From: a virus
Lineage: Duplodnaviria; Caudoviricetes
DNA length: 32,136 nt
Strand: one strand, 5' to 3'
Virus record (IMG/VR): IMGVR_UViG_3300033067_000240
Location: 1-32,136 of that record
Of this stretch, positions 17,719-26,020 are shown piece after piece. The translations under genes and the position numbers were made by a program. How positions within the stretch are numbered: the stretch's first letter is position 1; the number at the start of each line of letters is the position of its first letter. The notes below the pieces were generated by a model. That model had not been told where the DNA came from and searched no databases. It saw only the letters and a program-made list of their open reading frames with translations.

Positions 17719-19105
17719 AGTCAGTCTTGCGTTGCTTGTCCATTGTAGTGATAAACTCTTTGAAGTCAGGCAACAAATAACTTTGATCTTCACTGTCCAT
17801 AAAGTCTAACATACCTTCCCAGCGTTTCCAGCCGTAGGGGTTAGTGACCCAGAACTCTCTATCCTGTGTGTAGTTGACCCACAACCAGTCTTTGAGTTCT
17901 TCAAACAGTTCACGGACATGTTCCTTATCAGCCTTAGGTAAGACACGCAGGTTCATCCAAGTAGGAATCCATAGCAGGTGTGCATTGGCAATGCCACCAC
18001 CTAGTTGTTGTCCCACTACATTAGTGCCCATGTTGAGTTTCTTAAAGCCACTGTTGATCTTCCACTTGATAAACTCTGGAATGTGCTTGATGTTTAACAG
18101 TTGCACGGCCAATTCAATGTTAGTGTGAATGTGATCCGGTGCTGCCTCCAGCTTCCATAAGACTGCTTCTAGTTTCTTCCAGTCTGTTGGATAGCGGATA
18201 TACTCTAAGCGTTCGCCTATGCCGTCAATGCTGATGCTGAACTTGACCTTACGGAAGTGCTTCCATAAGTCAATCATTGCATCATCAACCAATAGAGCAT
18301 TGCTGTTGTAGCGTAGGAGAATCTTGTCAGCAAACCCTCTGCGAATGATCTCTTCTAGAAATATTCTATGCTCTTTGATCAGCAAAGGTTCGCCACCTGC
18401 AAAGTATAGTTGCTTGATGTTGGGAATCTGATCAAACACTTCGGCCCAGAACTCCGGCTTCTCGTGCCAGTAGTTGTTGAAGTCTGCTTGATTCCATTCC
18501 ATCTGGCTACGGATAACAGGACTTTGAATAATAGGAAATACTTTCTTGTGTTCAGCAACCCACATACTTGAATCATGTGGACTGCACATGATACATTTTA
18601 AATTGCAAGTGTGGCCCAAGCGTAGGTCAAGGTATTGTAGTTTATAAGGTACGCTACCATCTTCCGCAGTTTGTTTAATCAACTCGGGAATGTCCACACC
18701 TTCGTAATGCCAAGTGCCTGTTTCCCAGATACGCTTGCTAGAGATGCCTTGTGCTTCTTCATCGTAGCACTTTTTACAACTAGCAGGCACTGCACCTTCC
18801 AACATGGTCTTGCGTAGACTCTTCATGTAGTCATTGTTGAACGCTTCGCTGGGCAAGCTGTTGCCAAAGTTAGCAGGCTCCCCATCTTCTTTCTTAACTA
18901 AGCCTACCGAGTAGTCGCCTGTGTCAGCACCACTTGCATTAGCCACACAGCATACACGCATATCTCCGTTTGGACGAGTTGCAATGTGTATCCATGGTAG
19001 AACGCAGAAGCTAGGGCTACCTGCAATGTCCGTAATCTGTTTTTGCCAACTGCCGATTTGAGTTGATTCTGGTTGAAGCCAAAATACCTTTTGTGTATTA
19101 TCCAT
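17681..19105 (-). CDS. Radical SAM protein with N-terminal SPASM/twitch-like domain
   Basis: FCVLPW...MRVCC...CKKC precedes LDLRLGHTCNLKCIMC; YFAGGEPL; SIDG. Confidence 0.9.
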   Translation of the reverse strand: MDNTQKVFWLQPESTQIGSWQKQITDIAGSPSFCVLPWIHIATRPNGDMRVCCVANASGADTGDYSVGLVKKEDGEPANFGNSLPSEAFNNDYMKSLRKTMLEGAVPASCKKCYDEEAQGISSKRIWETGTWHYEGVDIPELIKQTAEDGSVPYKLQYLDLRLGHTCNLKCIMCSPHDSSMWVAEHKKVFPIIQSPVIRSQMEWNQADFNNYWHEKPEFWAEVFDQIPNIKQLYFAGGEPLLIKEHRIFLEEIIRRGFADKILLRYNSNALLVDDAMIDLWKHFRKVKFSISIDGIGERLEYIRYPTDWKKLEAVLWKLEAAPDHIHTNIELAVQLLNIKHIPEFIKWKINSGFKKLNMGTNVVGQQLGGGIANAHLLWIPTWMNLRVLPKADKEHVRELFEELKDWLWVNYTQDREFWVTNPYGWKRWEGMLDFMDSEDQSYLLPDFKEFITTMDKQRKTDFKQVFPELAHLG

Positions 19106-19148
19106 GAAATATTTATATGCGTACTTAATAGGGTAAATATTTCATGGA
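19101..19148. promoter_or_regulatory. Palindromic bidirectional promoter/start cassette, copy 2
   Basis: TCCATGAAATATTTA-tatgcgtacttaataggg-TAAATATTTCATGGA; 15-bp inverted repeat with spacer similar to copy 1. Confidence 0.7.
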
Positions 19149-20001
19149 CCGTATAAGAATTGCACCCACCTACTCTGCTGAATATTTTGAAGTAGACAGA
19201 CCTAGCCCTGTTACTGATAACACAATTGAACGCTTAATTGCCGAGGTAATGACTGGCAAATTAGATGCGGATATTACTGACAGTGTTTACACTAAGTTCA
19301 AACAAGAAATGACTAATTGGTTATTTGCCAGTAAACTTAACAACATTACAGGCTTTGATAGTTTCGATCGCGTGGACATAATTAATGGTTGTACACAATA
19401 TATTGATAATTTGTATATGCAAGGTCCGGTGCAAACTATCACAGGTGATTACAGATATCATCAACGATTAGGAATTGGCTTCATTAAAGATGTGGGCAGT
19501 TTAATCCCGGGTATTCCTTTAATCATAGCAATGCCGTTTCCTAGTGTAGGCGCAGTACACGCTGACATGGGAGAAATACTAAATGAAGCGAAAGACAAAG
19601 GAATTGATGTACATGTGGACGGCGCTTGGGTTACTTGCTGCCATGGAATTGACTTTGATTTATCACATCCATCAATCGCTAGCGTAGGCATTAGTCTAAG
19701 CAAAGGTATGGGTTTGGGCTGGAATAGAATTGGCTTACGATGGACTAGACAAACTAAACCAGATAGTGTTACAATAATGAATGACTTCCGTATGAATAAT
19801 CGTGCATTGGCTATGATAGGCTTGCACTTTGTTCGTAACTTGCCGCCTGATTACATGTGGGCAACTCACGGAACACGATATCGCAGAGTATGTTACGACT
19901 TTAATCTTATGCCAACGCAAAGCATTTACCTTGCGCTAAAAGATAACAAGCCTGTAGGTATCAGTCCACTAATAAGGTATTTAGAGAATGCAGACAAGTA
20001 A
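19144..20001 (+). CDS. Fold-type I PLP-dependent enzyme (aminotransferase class I/II-like), compact
   Basis: VHVDGAW (PLP-binding Asp) and ISLSKGMGLGWNRIG (SxSK...RIG Schiff-base motif). Confidence 0.7.
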   Translation: MDRIRIAPTYSAEYFEVDRPSPVTDNTIERLIAEVMTGKLDADITDSVYTKFKQEMTNWLFASKLNNITGFDSFDRVDIINGCTQYIDNLYMQGPVQTITGDYRYHQRLGIGFIKDVGSLIPGIPLIIAMPFPSVGAVHADMGEILNEAKDKGIDVHVDGAWVTCCHGIDFDLSHPSIASVGISLSKGMGLGWNRIGLRWTRQTKPDSVTIMNDFRMNNRALAMIGLHFVRNLPPDYMWATHGTRYRRVCYDFNLMPTQSIYLALKDNKPVGISPLIRYLENADK

Positions 20002-21250
20002 AACATTTTGTATGCACCCTTTCACAGGGTTAGCAACTAGAGAAGATGGTGCCATACAAGTGTGCTGCCGAAGTCATCCAGTGGGCAATGTCCAGTGTCA
20101 GAGCTTAGAAGACATCTGGAATAACAACACAATGAAGCGTATTCGTCAGCAGGTGTTGAACAACGAACGCCCTAAGGAGTGTGAACCTTGCTTTAGTTTA
20201 GAAGATCAAGGTGTTGAGTCATTAAGACAGCGACACATTGAACCTAAGATTCCAGAAAGCCGTATTACACTTTACCCTAATGCGTTAGATAACCTAAGTG
20301 CTGACTACTCAATGCCGTTTGAGATTCCTACAATGGAACTTAAACTGAACAACTTGTGTAACTTAAAGTGCCGCATGTGCCATCCTATGGATAGTACGAG
20401 TTGGAATGATTGGAAAGAAGTAGAAGAGTTCTATGTTAAAGAAAATAACTTTATGGTGCAAGCCATTAAGGACTTAAACTTAGCAAACAAACCCTACTTA
20501 GATAAGTTCACAGACAACCCTAAATGGTGGGCTAGTTTAGAAAAGCTGTTGCCCTACTTCCGTCGTGTAGAGTTCGCAGGCGGCGAACCTCTAATGGATC
20601 CTACACACTATAAAATCTTAGACATGCTGAAGCCCTATGGACACCAAATTGAAATCAAATACGCAACTAACGGAACAACTACAGGTATTAAAGGCGGCAG
20701 AAACATACACGACTACTGGCCGCACTTTAAATCAGTCGCAGTCAATGTATCGATCGACGGCCTTGACAATAGCTACGAGTATATTCGTGGTAATGGTGTG
20801 TTTAGCGATGTCGTTGCTAATATAAAAACTATTCAAGCAATTCCTAATGTTACTCGTGTAGTAGGTGCTGTTGCTGTGCAGGTTATCAACATTATGGTTC
20901 TTGATAGAATGATTGAAAAGTTCTTAGACGAACTAGACATTGTGTTCTATACCAATATGGTCAAGTACCCTAATGTTCTAAGCATACAAACTATGCCTAT
21001 GGAACTTAAACAAATTGCGGCATTGCGCCTGCACTTGATTAAAGATAAGATTCCCGATTACAAGATGGTCAAGAAGCATCCTATCCTAGAGCAGATTACA
21101 CGCAAGCAAATTGAAGGTGTAGTCAACTTTATGTTTGCTAAGGATGAAAGTCATTTGTGGAAAGATACTATTGAGTTTAACCGCAAGTTAGATGCAAGCC
21201 GTAATCAGAGTTTCACAGATGTAACTCCGGAGTTCAAGCCGTATGTTTAA
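19988..21250 (+). CDS. Radical SAM protein with N-terminal SPASM/twitch-like domain, paralog of 17681..19105
   Basis: FCMHPF...IQVCC...CEPC, then CNLKCRMC, FAGGEPL, YATNG, VSIDG. Confidence 0.9.
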   Translation: MQTSKTFCMHPFTGLATREDGAIQVCCRSHPVGNVQCQSLEDIWNNNTMKRIRQQVLNNERPKECEPCFSLEDQGVESLRQRHIEPKIPESRITLYPNALDNLSADYSMPFEIPTMELKLNNLCNLKCRMCHPMDSTSWNDWKEVEEFYVKENNFMVQAIKDLNLANKPYLDKFTDNPKWWASLEKLLPYFRRVEFAGGEPLMDPTHYKILDMLKPYGHQIEIKYATNGTTTGIKGGRNIHDYWPHFKSVAVNVSIDGLDNSYEYIRGNGVFSDVVANIKTIQAIPNVTRVVGAVAVQVINIMVLDRMIEKFLDELDIVFYTNMVKYPNVLSIQTMPMELKQIAALRLHLIKDKIPDYKMVKKHPILEQITRKQIEGVVNFMFAKDESHLWKDTIEFNRKLDASRNQSFTDVTPEFKPYV

Positions 21251-22148
21251 AGTTACTAGTCGATGGCCGCATCAAGGATCTATTAAAATAGAATGGAACC
21301 TTGGCAAGCGTTGTAACTACGATTGTAGCTACTGCCCGTCGAGCATACATGATAACTTTAGTCCGCACACTGACATCGAAATATTAAAAGTTGCTGTAGA
21401 TAAACTAGCATCATTGGGCAAGCCTATCCGTATAAGTTTTACAGGTGGTGAACCAACTGTGCATCCTAAGTTCAGAGAACTAGTGCAGTATTGCAAGCAT
21501 GTGGGCATCAGTTGGATTAGCGTAACAACCAATGGCACATTGCCTTATGAGTTTTATGCTAGCTTGCCTGTAGATCAGTTAGTGTTTAGTATACACATGG
21601 AGTACGATTGGATGCGTGTGTTTAACACTATGGAAAGCGTTATTGACTCAACAAAGATAAAAGTGATAGCACAGATTATGGCTCACCATGATCATATGAT
21701 GAATGTAAGTATATTGCGTACTAGATGCTTGCTAGCACACATTCCCAATACAGTTCGTAGAATACGCTGGACTGAAGGCGACCACGATTTGTTTGATGAC
21801 ATGCGCTATAATGCAAATGACCTTAACTGGATCAAAGAGCAAGACGCAACTGTAACAGAGAATGTAATATTTTTTAAGGAAGCAGATGACGGATTACCAG
21901 TTTTCGCCCACGCAAACGATATGATTAAGAATCATCAAAATAAATTTAAAGACTGGTCTTGTAATGCTGGCATAGAAAGTTTGATGATTAACTGGGATGG
22001 CGATGTACATCGTGCCACTTGTCGTGTAGGCGGATCGCTAGGTAATATCTACGAAGGCACATTCATGCAACCAGTTGAGCCAGTTATCTGCGACAGGAAC
22101 TTTTGCACCTGCGCCGCAGACATACCTTTAACTAAGTTTAAACTTTGA
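21243..22148 (+). CDS. Radical SAM protein with C-terminal Cys-rich (twitch-like) domain
   Basis: EWNLGKRCNYDCSYC, FTGGEPT, TTNG, WSCNAG...CDRNFCTCAAD. Confidence 0.9.
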   Translation: MFKVTSRWPHQGSIKIEWNLGKRCNYDCSYCPSSIHDNFSPHTDIEILKVAVDKLASLGKPIRISFTGGEPTVHPKFRELVQYCKHVGISWISVTTNGTLPYEFYASLPVDQLVFSIHMEYDWMRVFNTMESVIDSTKIKVIAQIMAHHDHMMNVSILRTRCLLAHIPNTVRRIRWTEGDHDLFDDMRYNANDLNWIKEQDATVTENVIFFKEADDGLPVFAHANDMIKNHQNKFKDWSCNAGIESLMINWDGDVHRATCRVGGSLGNIYEGTFMQPVEPVICDRNFCTCAADIPLTKFKL

Positions 22149-23165
22149 TATTTGTGTTTCTGGTTGGCAGAAACAATTATTGATTCCGCAGATAACAGGT
22201 TTAAACTCTGGGTTAAACTGTTCCACAAAATCCTTATCTAGTATGTTGAAGCTGTAGTCTAAGCCGTATAGCTTCTGTTGGCAACTACCTGCAATGCTTC
22301 CATCCCAATGGATGTAGACTGCTTCAAGACCTAAGTCACAACTCCAACCTTTAAAGTTGTTCCAGTTGTTGTTAATGTATGCTTGTGGTCTTGCATTCAT
22401 CTTCTTGCCGTTAGACAGAGTTGCTTTGCTTTCAAAAATACGCATTTCACTAGCTAGTAGTTTAAAGTTCTTGATGAACCATAACACTCCTGGAATACGC
22501 TTTAAGCCTTTCTTCATGTACTGCTTTTGGGCTGGAGTGTATCTGCGTTCTTCCGCACTAATAATCTTAATGCTGTTCAACGACATGTGTTCTGGTTCAA
22601 TTACTTCAGCGGCTTGAATGAACCACTTGTGCTTACTGTTTGCTCGCATGTATTCAATGTCTTCAACACCTTGTTCCCAGTTATACGGATCCATTAATAC
22701 TAGTGCTGTAGTCTTTTTACCTAGCTCAAACATTGTATCTGCAACTGCGATGTGATGGTCACGGTCGCCTTCTGCGATGTGATAGCTAAGTGTTACATTA
22801 TCAATTAGGTGCCCGTACTCTTTCCACCAGCGCAGAGTTCTACTGCCGTTAGAAATAAGTGTTAGGTACACATCATTTTCTTTCTTAATGCCGTGTATAA
22901 AGATAGCTAAGTCTTTCCACAGGGTAGGTTCACCACCTGCAATCTTTAAATGCACTTTGGTCTTGCCTAGCTTTTCTTTATATTGTTTTAGGAAGTGATT
23001 GAAGTTCTTGATAATCAAGTCAATGTCTTTAGGACTCTTGTAATCGCCATCGTGTGAACCTGGAAAGCAATACCTGCAATCAAAGTTACACACATTGTTT
23101 GGACACCATCTTATTTCTAAGACATTGTCCGGCTGTGTTGAAACAATCTTAATAGGCGTTATCAT
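22128..23165 (-). CDS. Radical SAM protein with C-terminal Cys-rich domain; start corrected from 23246
   Basis: CNFDCRYC, IAGGEPTL, ISNG, WSCDLG...CGINNCFC. ATG 23165 (MITPIKIV) gives a short overlap with the upstream gene. Confidence 0.9.
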   Translation of the reverse strand: MITPIKIVSTQPDNVLEIRWCPNNVCNFDCRYCFPGSHDGDYKSPKDIDLIIKNFNHFLKQYKEKLGKTKVHLKIAGGEPTLWKDLAIFIHGIKKENDVYLTLISNGSRTLRWWKEYGHLIDNVTLSYHIAEGDRDHHIAVADTMFELGKKTTALVLMDPYNWEQGVEDIEYMRANSKHKWFIQAAEVIEPEHMSLNSIKIISAEERRYTPAQKQYMKKGLKRIPGVLWFIKNFKLLASEMRIFESKATLSNGKKMNARPQAYINNNWNNFKGWSCDLGLEAVYIHWDGSIAGSCQQKLYGLDYSFNILDKDFVEQFNPEFKPVICGINNCFCQPETQISKFKLS

Positions 23166-24240
23166 CTCTGTTATCCTGTACTTCGAGGAACTGGTCGCTC
23201 GGTTGTGAAATTTCTGCACTCGTAAACTTGCCGCAAACTCTAGCACAAGTAATCATCTTCTCTTCATTCCAATACTTGTTCCAGACTGTTTGCCAAGGCT
23301 CCGAGTCAATAATGTTGCGTATGCCTCTTGTTGCATTTAGCTGTCCTAACTCTTCAACAAGGTTAGCATACTGTGATTTAATTGCGTAATCAATTCTAGG
23401 GTCAACAAACTTATTGTCGTAATAGGTTGTTGGAATAGAACTTACCCAACAGCAAGGTAACAGTTTCTTGTGTGCATCAATATAGATTTCCTTTTCGTGC
23501 TGTGCATGGCAACTAATGACTGCTTCTGCAACTAGCTCCTTATAGGAATTAATAATTTCTTTGCTGATAAAATGCAAAGGCGTATCTGTAGGTGGTTCAA
23601 TCGTGTGTGTATGATTGCCTTCCTTGTCTTGCACTTCGCAGAATGGTTCGCCAACAAAGCGTGAACTGTTCTTTAAAGTAAATCTAGCAAAGCCCATTTC
23701 AACGCTACGCTTACGGCATTCTTCTGCTTGATGCTCGTTATGCTTAAACTTGATAAAGGTCCACTCTGCTGTGCCGCCTGCACCGATAAAAGCCTGTGCG
23801 TTGCGGATTACATTGTCGTATGTTGTGCCAATACGATGTAGATGATGTGTGTCTTCTAAACCGTCAATGCCAAACATGACTAAATGATTTTTAGGCAATG
23901 CCTGTGCTAGTGATTCCCACCACTTGGTATTTCTTGCGCCACCGTTTGTATGAATGCCAACAATGACGTCCGGTGCATTGTCTTTAATGTGTTGGCACAT
24001 TGCTACTAAATCTTGATTAAGAATAGGGTCGCCGAAGTTGCCGCAGAAGTAAATGCGTTCAACTTGATCTAGAACTTCTTGTGTGATAATCTGCTTAAAC
24101 TCGTCCAGTGACCAATCGTTTAACTGTAGCAAAGGATTAACTGGGCCGCCATGCTGATTACGAGCACACATAGGACAGGATGCTTGACAGTTGTTTGTCA
24201 CTTCTAAGTGAATCTGTTTTAGTTCTTTAAAATTAAACAT
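23149..24240 (-). CDS. Radical SAM/SPASM protein, paralog of 13626..14660
   Basis: CQASCPMC, FCGNFGDP, HTNGG, FGIDGLED, LLPCCW, CARVCG. Confidence 0.9.
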   Translation of the reverse strand: MFNFKELKQIHLEVTNNCQASCPMCARNQHGGPVNPLLQLNDWSLDEFKQIITQEVLDQVERIYFCGNFGDPILNQDLVAMCQHIKDNAPDVIVGIHTNGGARNTKWWESLAQALPKNHLVMFGIDGLEDTHHLHRIGTTYDNVIRNAQAFIGAGGTAEWTFIKFKHNEHQAEECRKRSVEMGFARFTLKNSSRFVGEPFCEVQDKEGNHTHTIEPPTDTPLHFISKEIINSYKELVAEAVISCHAQHEKEIYIDAHKKLLPCCWVSSIPTTYYDNKFVDPRIDYAIKSQYANLVEELGQLNATRGIRNIIDSEPWQTVWNKYWNEEKMITCARVCGKFTSAEISQPSDQFLEVQDNRDDNAY

Positions 24241-24826
24241 TGCGTCCTATTACCATAAATCTTTTATACAAGGGCAATTCTAATTCCCCTGCCCACAATA
24301 CTTCAATTCCGCATTGTGTTTTAAACTCTTCTAAGTCTTTTGCTGTGCGAACATGCTCAGGTATGTCGTAGTCGTTACTTTGCAATACCAGCAAAGTGTT
24401 ATACGGCATACCGCTCAACCATAAGTCAAACTGGTCTTGTGTAATATGCTCGCAACTCGTATTGATAACAATGTCTGCGTCACTGCGAATTGTACACATA
24501 TCAGAAGTAACTGCACGGAATCGTCCTTGCATTTCTTCATGCTTGTTCATCATAGTCGCAATAGGTTCGCATGTTGGATCAATATCGATGCTACGAATAG
24601 TAGTAACAGGAATGTTACTTTGAAATAGCATACTAGCAAGAGTGCCTACCCAGCCTCCGTGTATATCTACACTAGAACCAAAATGTACATGTTCGTCTAA
24701 GCAATCGATAAGCCACTCTTTACTTTTAAGCTGACCTGACCAGAACGCATCCATTGTACGCATAGGATCCGGACTTTGGCGAATTGCCTGCATCCAGTAG
24801 TGTAAATGTTCTGTGTCTATTTGCAT
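24233..24826 (-). CDS. Class I SAM-dependent methyltransferase-like protein
   Basis: VDIHGGWVG (motif I), IRSIDID (motif II acidic residue), DIVINTSCEH. Confidence 0.7.
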   Translation of the reverse strand: MQIDTEHLHYWMQAIRQSPDPMRTMDAFWSGQLKSKEWLIDCLDEHVHFGSSVDIHGGWVGTLASMLFQSNIPVTTIRSIDIDPTCEPIATMMNKHEEMQGRFRAVTSDMCTIRSDADIVINTSCEHITQDQFDLWLSGMPYNTLLVLQSNDYDIPEHVRTAKDLEEFKTQCGIEVLWAGELELPLYKRFMVIGRNV

Positions 24827-25788
24827 TTTGGTATTTTGCTGTCTGCTGAACTAACACAACTAGGTGTAATACAACGAGTAGGTTCCTTGAATAAATTAAA
24901 GTTATCCAATGTACCTAATGGAACATCATGACAACTGTAACTGCGTTTGACTTCGTTACCTCTTATTATAACACTTTGATAGCCTGCATTGCAAGACCAG
25001 TTAGTAAATTTATTAAAGCCAAAGGCATTAAATCTTTCTGCTTGATCAAACAAATGTTCAGTACCGTCTGCTTCGTATAAAGCAATTTGATAAACTTCTT
25101 CACCGTTTGCTCTTTGTGGAAATCCTTCACGCATCTTGTGTATCATGTCTTCGGTGTAGCCGTCGACAATACTGCTAGCAGTTAGATCGCTTTGCGGTTT
25201 GAGCGTTACATTAATACCACGCTCGTGTAATCGTTCCATGCGTTCGTAGAGTTCGTAAAACTTCTCCGGCACCATAACTTGGTTAACTGTCACATGAACT
25301 AGCTCGTATTGTAGTTGTAAACACTTGTCGCCAAACTCTTGCTCTTTAGCAAACTCATCGTGGAAGCTGGCAGTGATACTGCGGCGTTGTAGCATCTCTG
25401 TATTCTTACACCAAGTGTTCCACCATTTGCTGCCTGGACTCAAGTTAGTGGTCATGTGTATACTTTGATAAGAACTTTCTTTCTCATCTAAGTGTTTAAT
25501 TAACTCTGGTAACTGTTTGTAGGCTGTAGGTTCGCCGCCACTGAACGACCAATGAAATTGGTTAAACCCATTAGCACGGGCTTGTCGTTTAATCTCGTCT
25601 ACTGTACTTTTATACAGTTCTAGACTTTGGTAATCTTGCACATCACTCCTAGCATAAGGCCAGCAGTAACTACATTTATAATTACAGAATCTTCCTAATA
25701 TCCAACTGGTTGAAAATAATGGATTGGCTAGCATGGTGCGCTGTCCAAAACGAACTATGTTGTTAAATGGTATATTAGAAAATTGCAT
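24817..25788 (-). CDS. Radical SAM protein with C-terminal Cys-rich domain
   Basis: SWILGRFCNYKCSYC, FSGGEPT, MTTN, WSCNAG...CITPSCVSSAD; related to 21243..22148. Confidence 0.9.
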   Translation of the reverse strand: MQFSNIPFNNIVRFGQRTMLANPLFSTSWILGRFCNYKCSYCWPYARSDVQDYQSLELYKSTVDEIKRQARANGFNQFHWSFSGGEPTAYKQLPELIKHLDEKESSYQSIHMTTNLSPGSKWWNTWCKNTEMLQRRSITASFHDEFAKEQEFGDKCLQLQYELVHVTVNQVMVPEKFYELYERMERLHERGINVTLKPQSDLTASSIVDGYTEDMIHKMREGFPQRANGEEVYQIALYEADGTEHLFDQAERFNAFGFNKFTNWSCNAGYQSVIIRGNEVKRSYSCHDVPLGTLDNFNLFKEPTRCITPSCVSSADSKIPKCK

Positions 25789-25794
25789 TGAATG

Positions 25795-25800
25795 TATTTA
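25795..25800 (-). promoter_or_regulatory. TAAATA late-promoter-like box 6 nt upstream of ATG 25788
   Basis: Minus strand reads TAAATA-CATTCA-ATG. Confidence 0.55.
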
Positions 25801-25840
25801 ATACGCAGAAAATAAGTCCAAATATTTCAGCCAAATAAGG

Positions 25841-25869
25841 TTGACATTGTAGCCAAAGTGCTATATAAT
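25841..25869 (+). promoter_or_regulatory. Consensus sigma70 promoter
   Basis: TTGACA (25841-46), 17 bp spacer, TATAAT (25864-69); predicted +1 falls at about the 5' end of the tRNA-like RNA. Confidence 0.85.
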
Positions 25870-25875
25870 ACAAGG

Positions 25876-25992
25876 GTAGATGTGAGTGGAAAATGGTATA
25901 CCTCCTCCAATGCTGGTACCCTAACTAGCAACGGAGGGTCAGGTCTTGCTCTTAGAGCGACTTTGTAGGTTCGAACCCTACCATCTACACCA
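25876..25992 (+). tRNA. Atypical 117-nt tRNA-like RNA (class II, Leu-like scaffold) with elongated anticodon arm; no anticodon assignable
   Basis: Acceptor stem GTAGATG/CATCTAC plus A plus encoded CCA; T arm GTAGG-TTCGAAC-CCTAC; D loop GGAAAATGGTA; central arm CCTCC-AA-TGCTGGT-ACCCTA-ACTAGCA-AC-GGAGG; long variable hairpin. Confidence 0.8.
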
Positions 25993-26020
25993 ATTTTAAT
26001 CATGCTTAGAAAGGCATTGT

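Noticed and set aside
1-25788. Classical RiPP cluster with a precursor peptide
   Set aside because: Intergenic gaps are under about 40 bp and no short leader/core ORF, RRE protein, peptidase or exporter is visible. A substrate outside the window cannot be excluded.
25918-25923. CTA in the apical loop of the tRNA-like RNA read as an amber-suppressor anticodon, implying stop-codon recoding
   Set aside because: The loop is 6 nt with no U33 and sits on an over-long arm. Genes are intact and tightly packed under the standard code, and TAG ends 28519..28959 just before a promoter.
25993-26020. Rho-independent terminator after the tRNA-like gene
   Set aside because: Only a short T run with no GC-rich hairpin; transcription probably continues into 26021.
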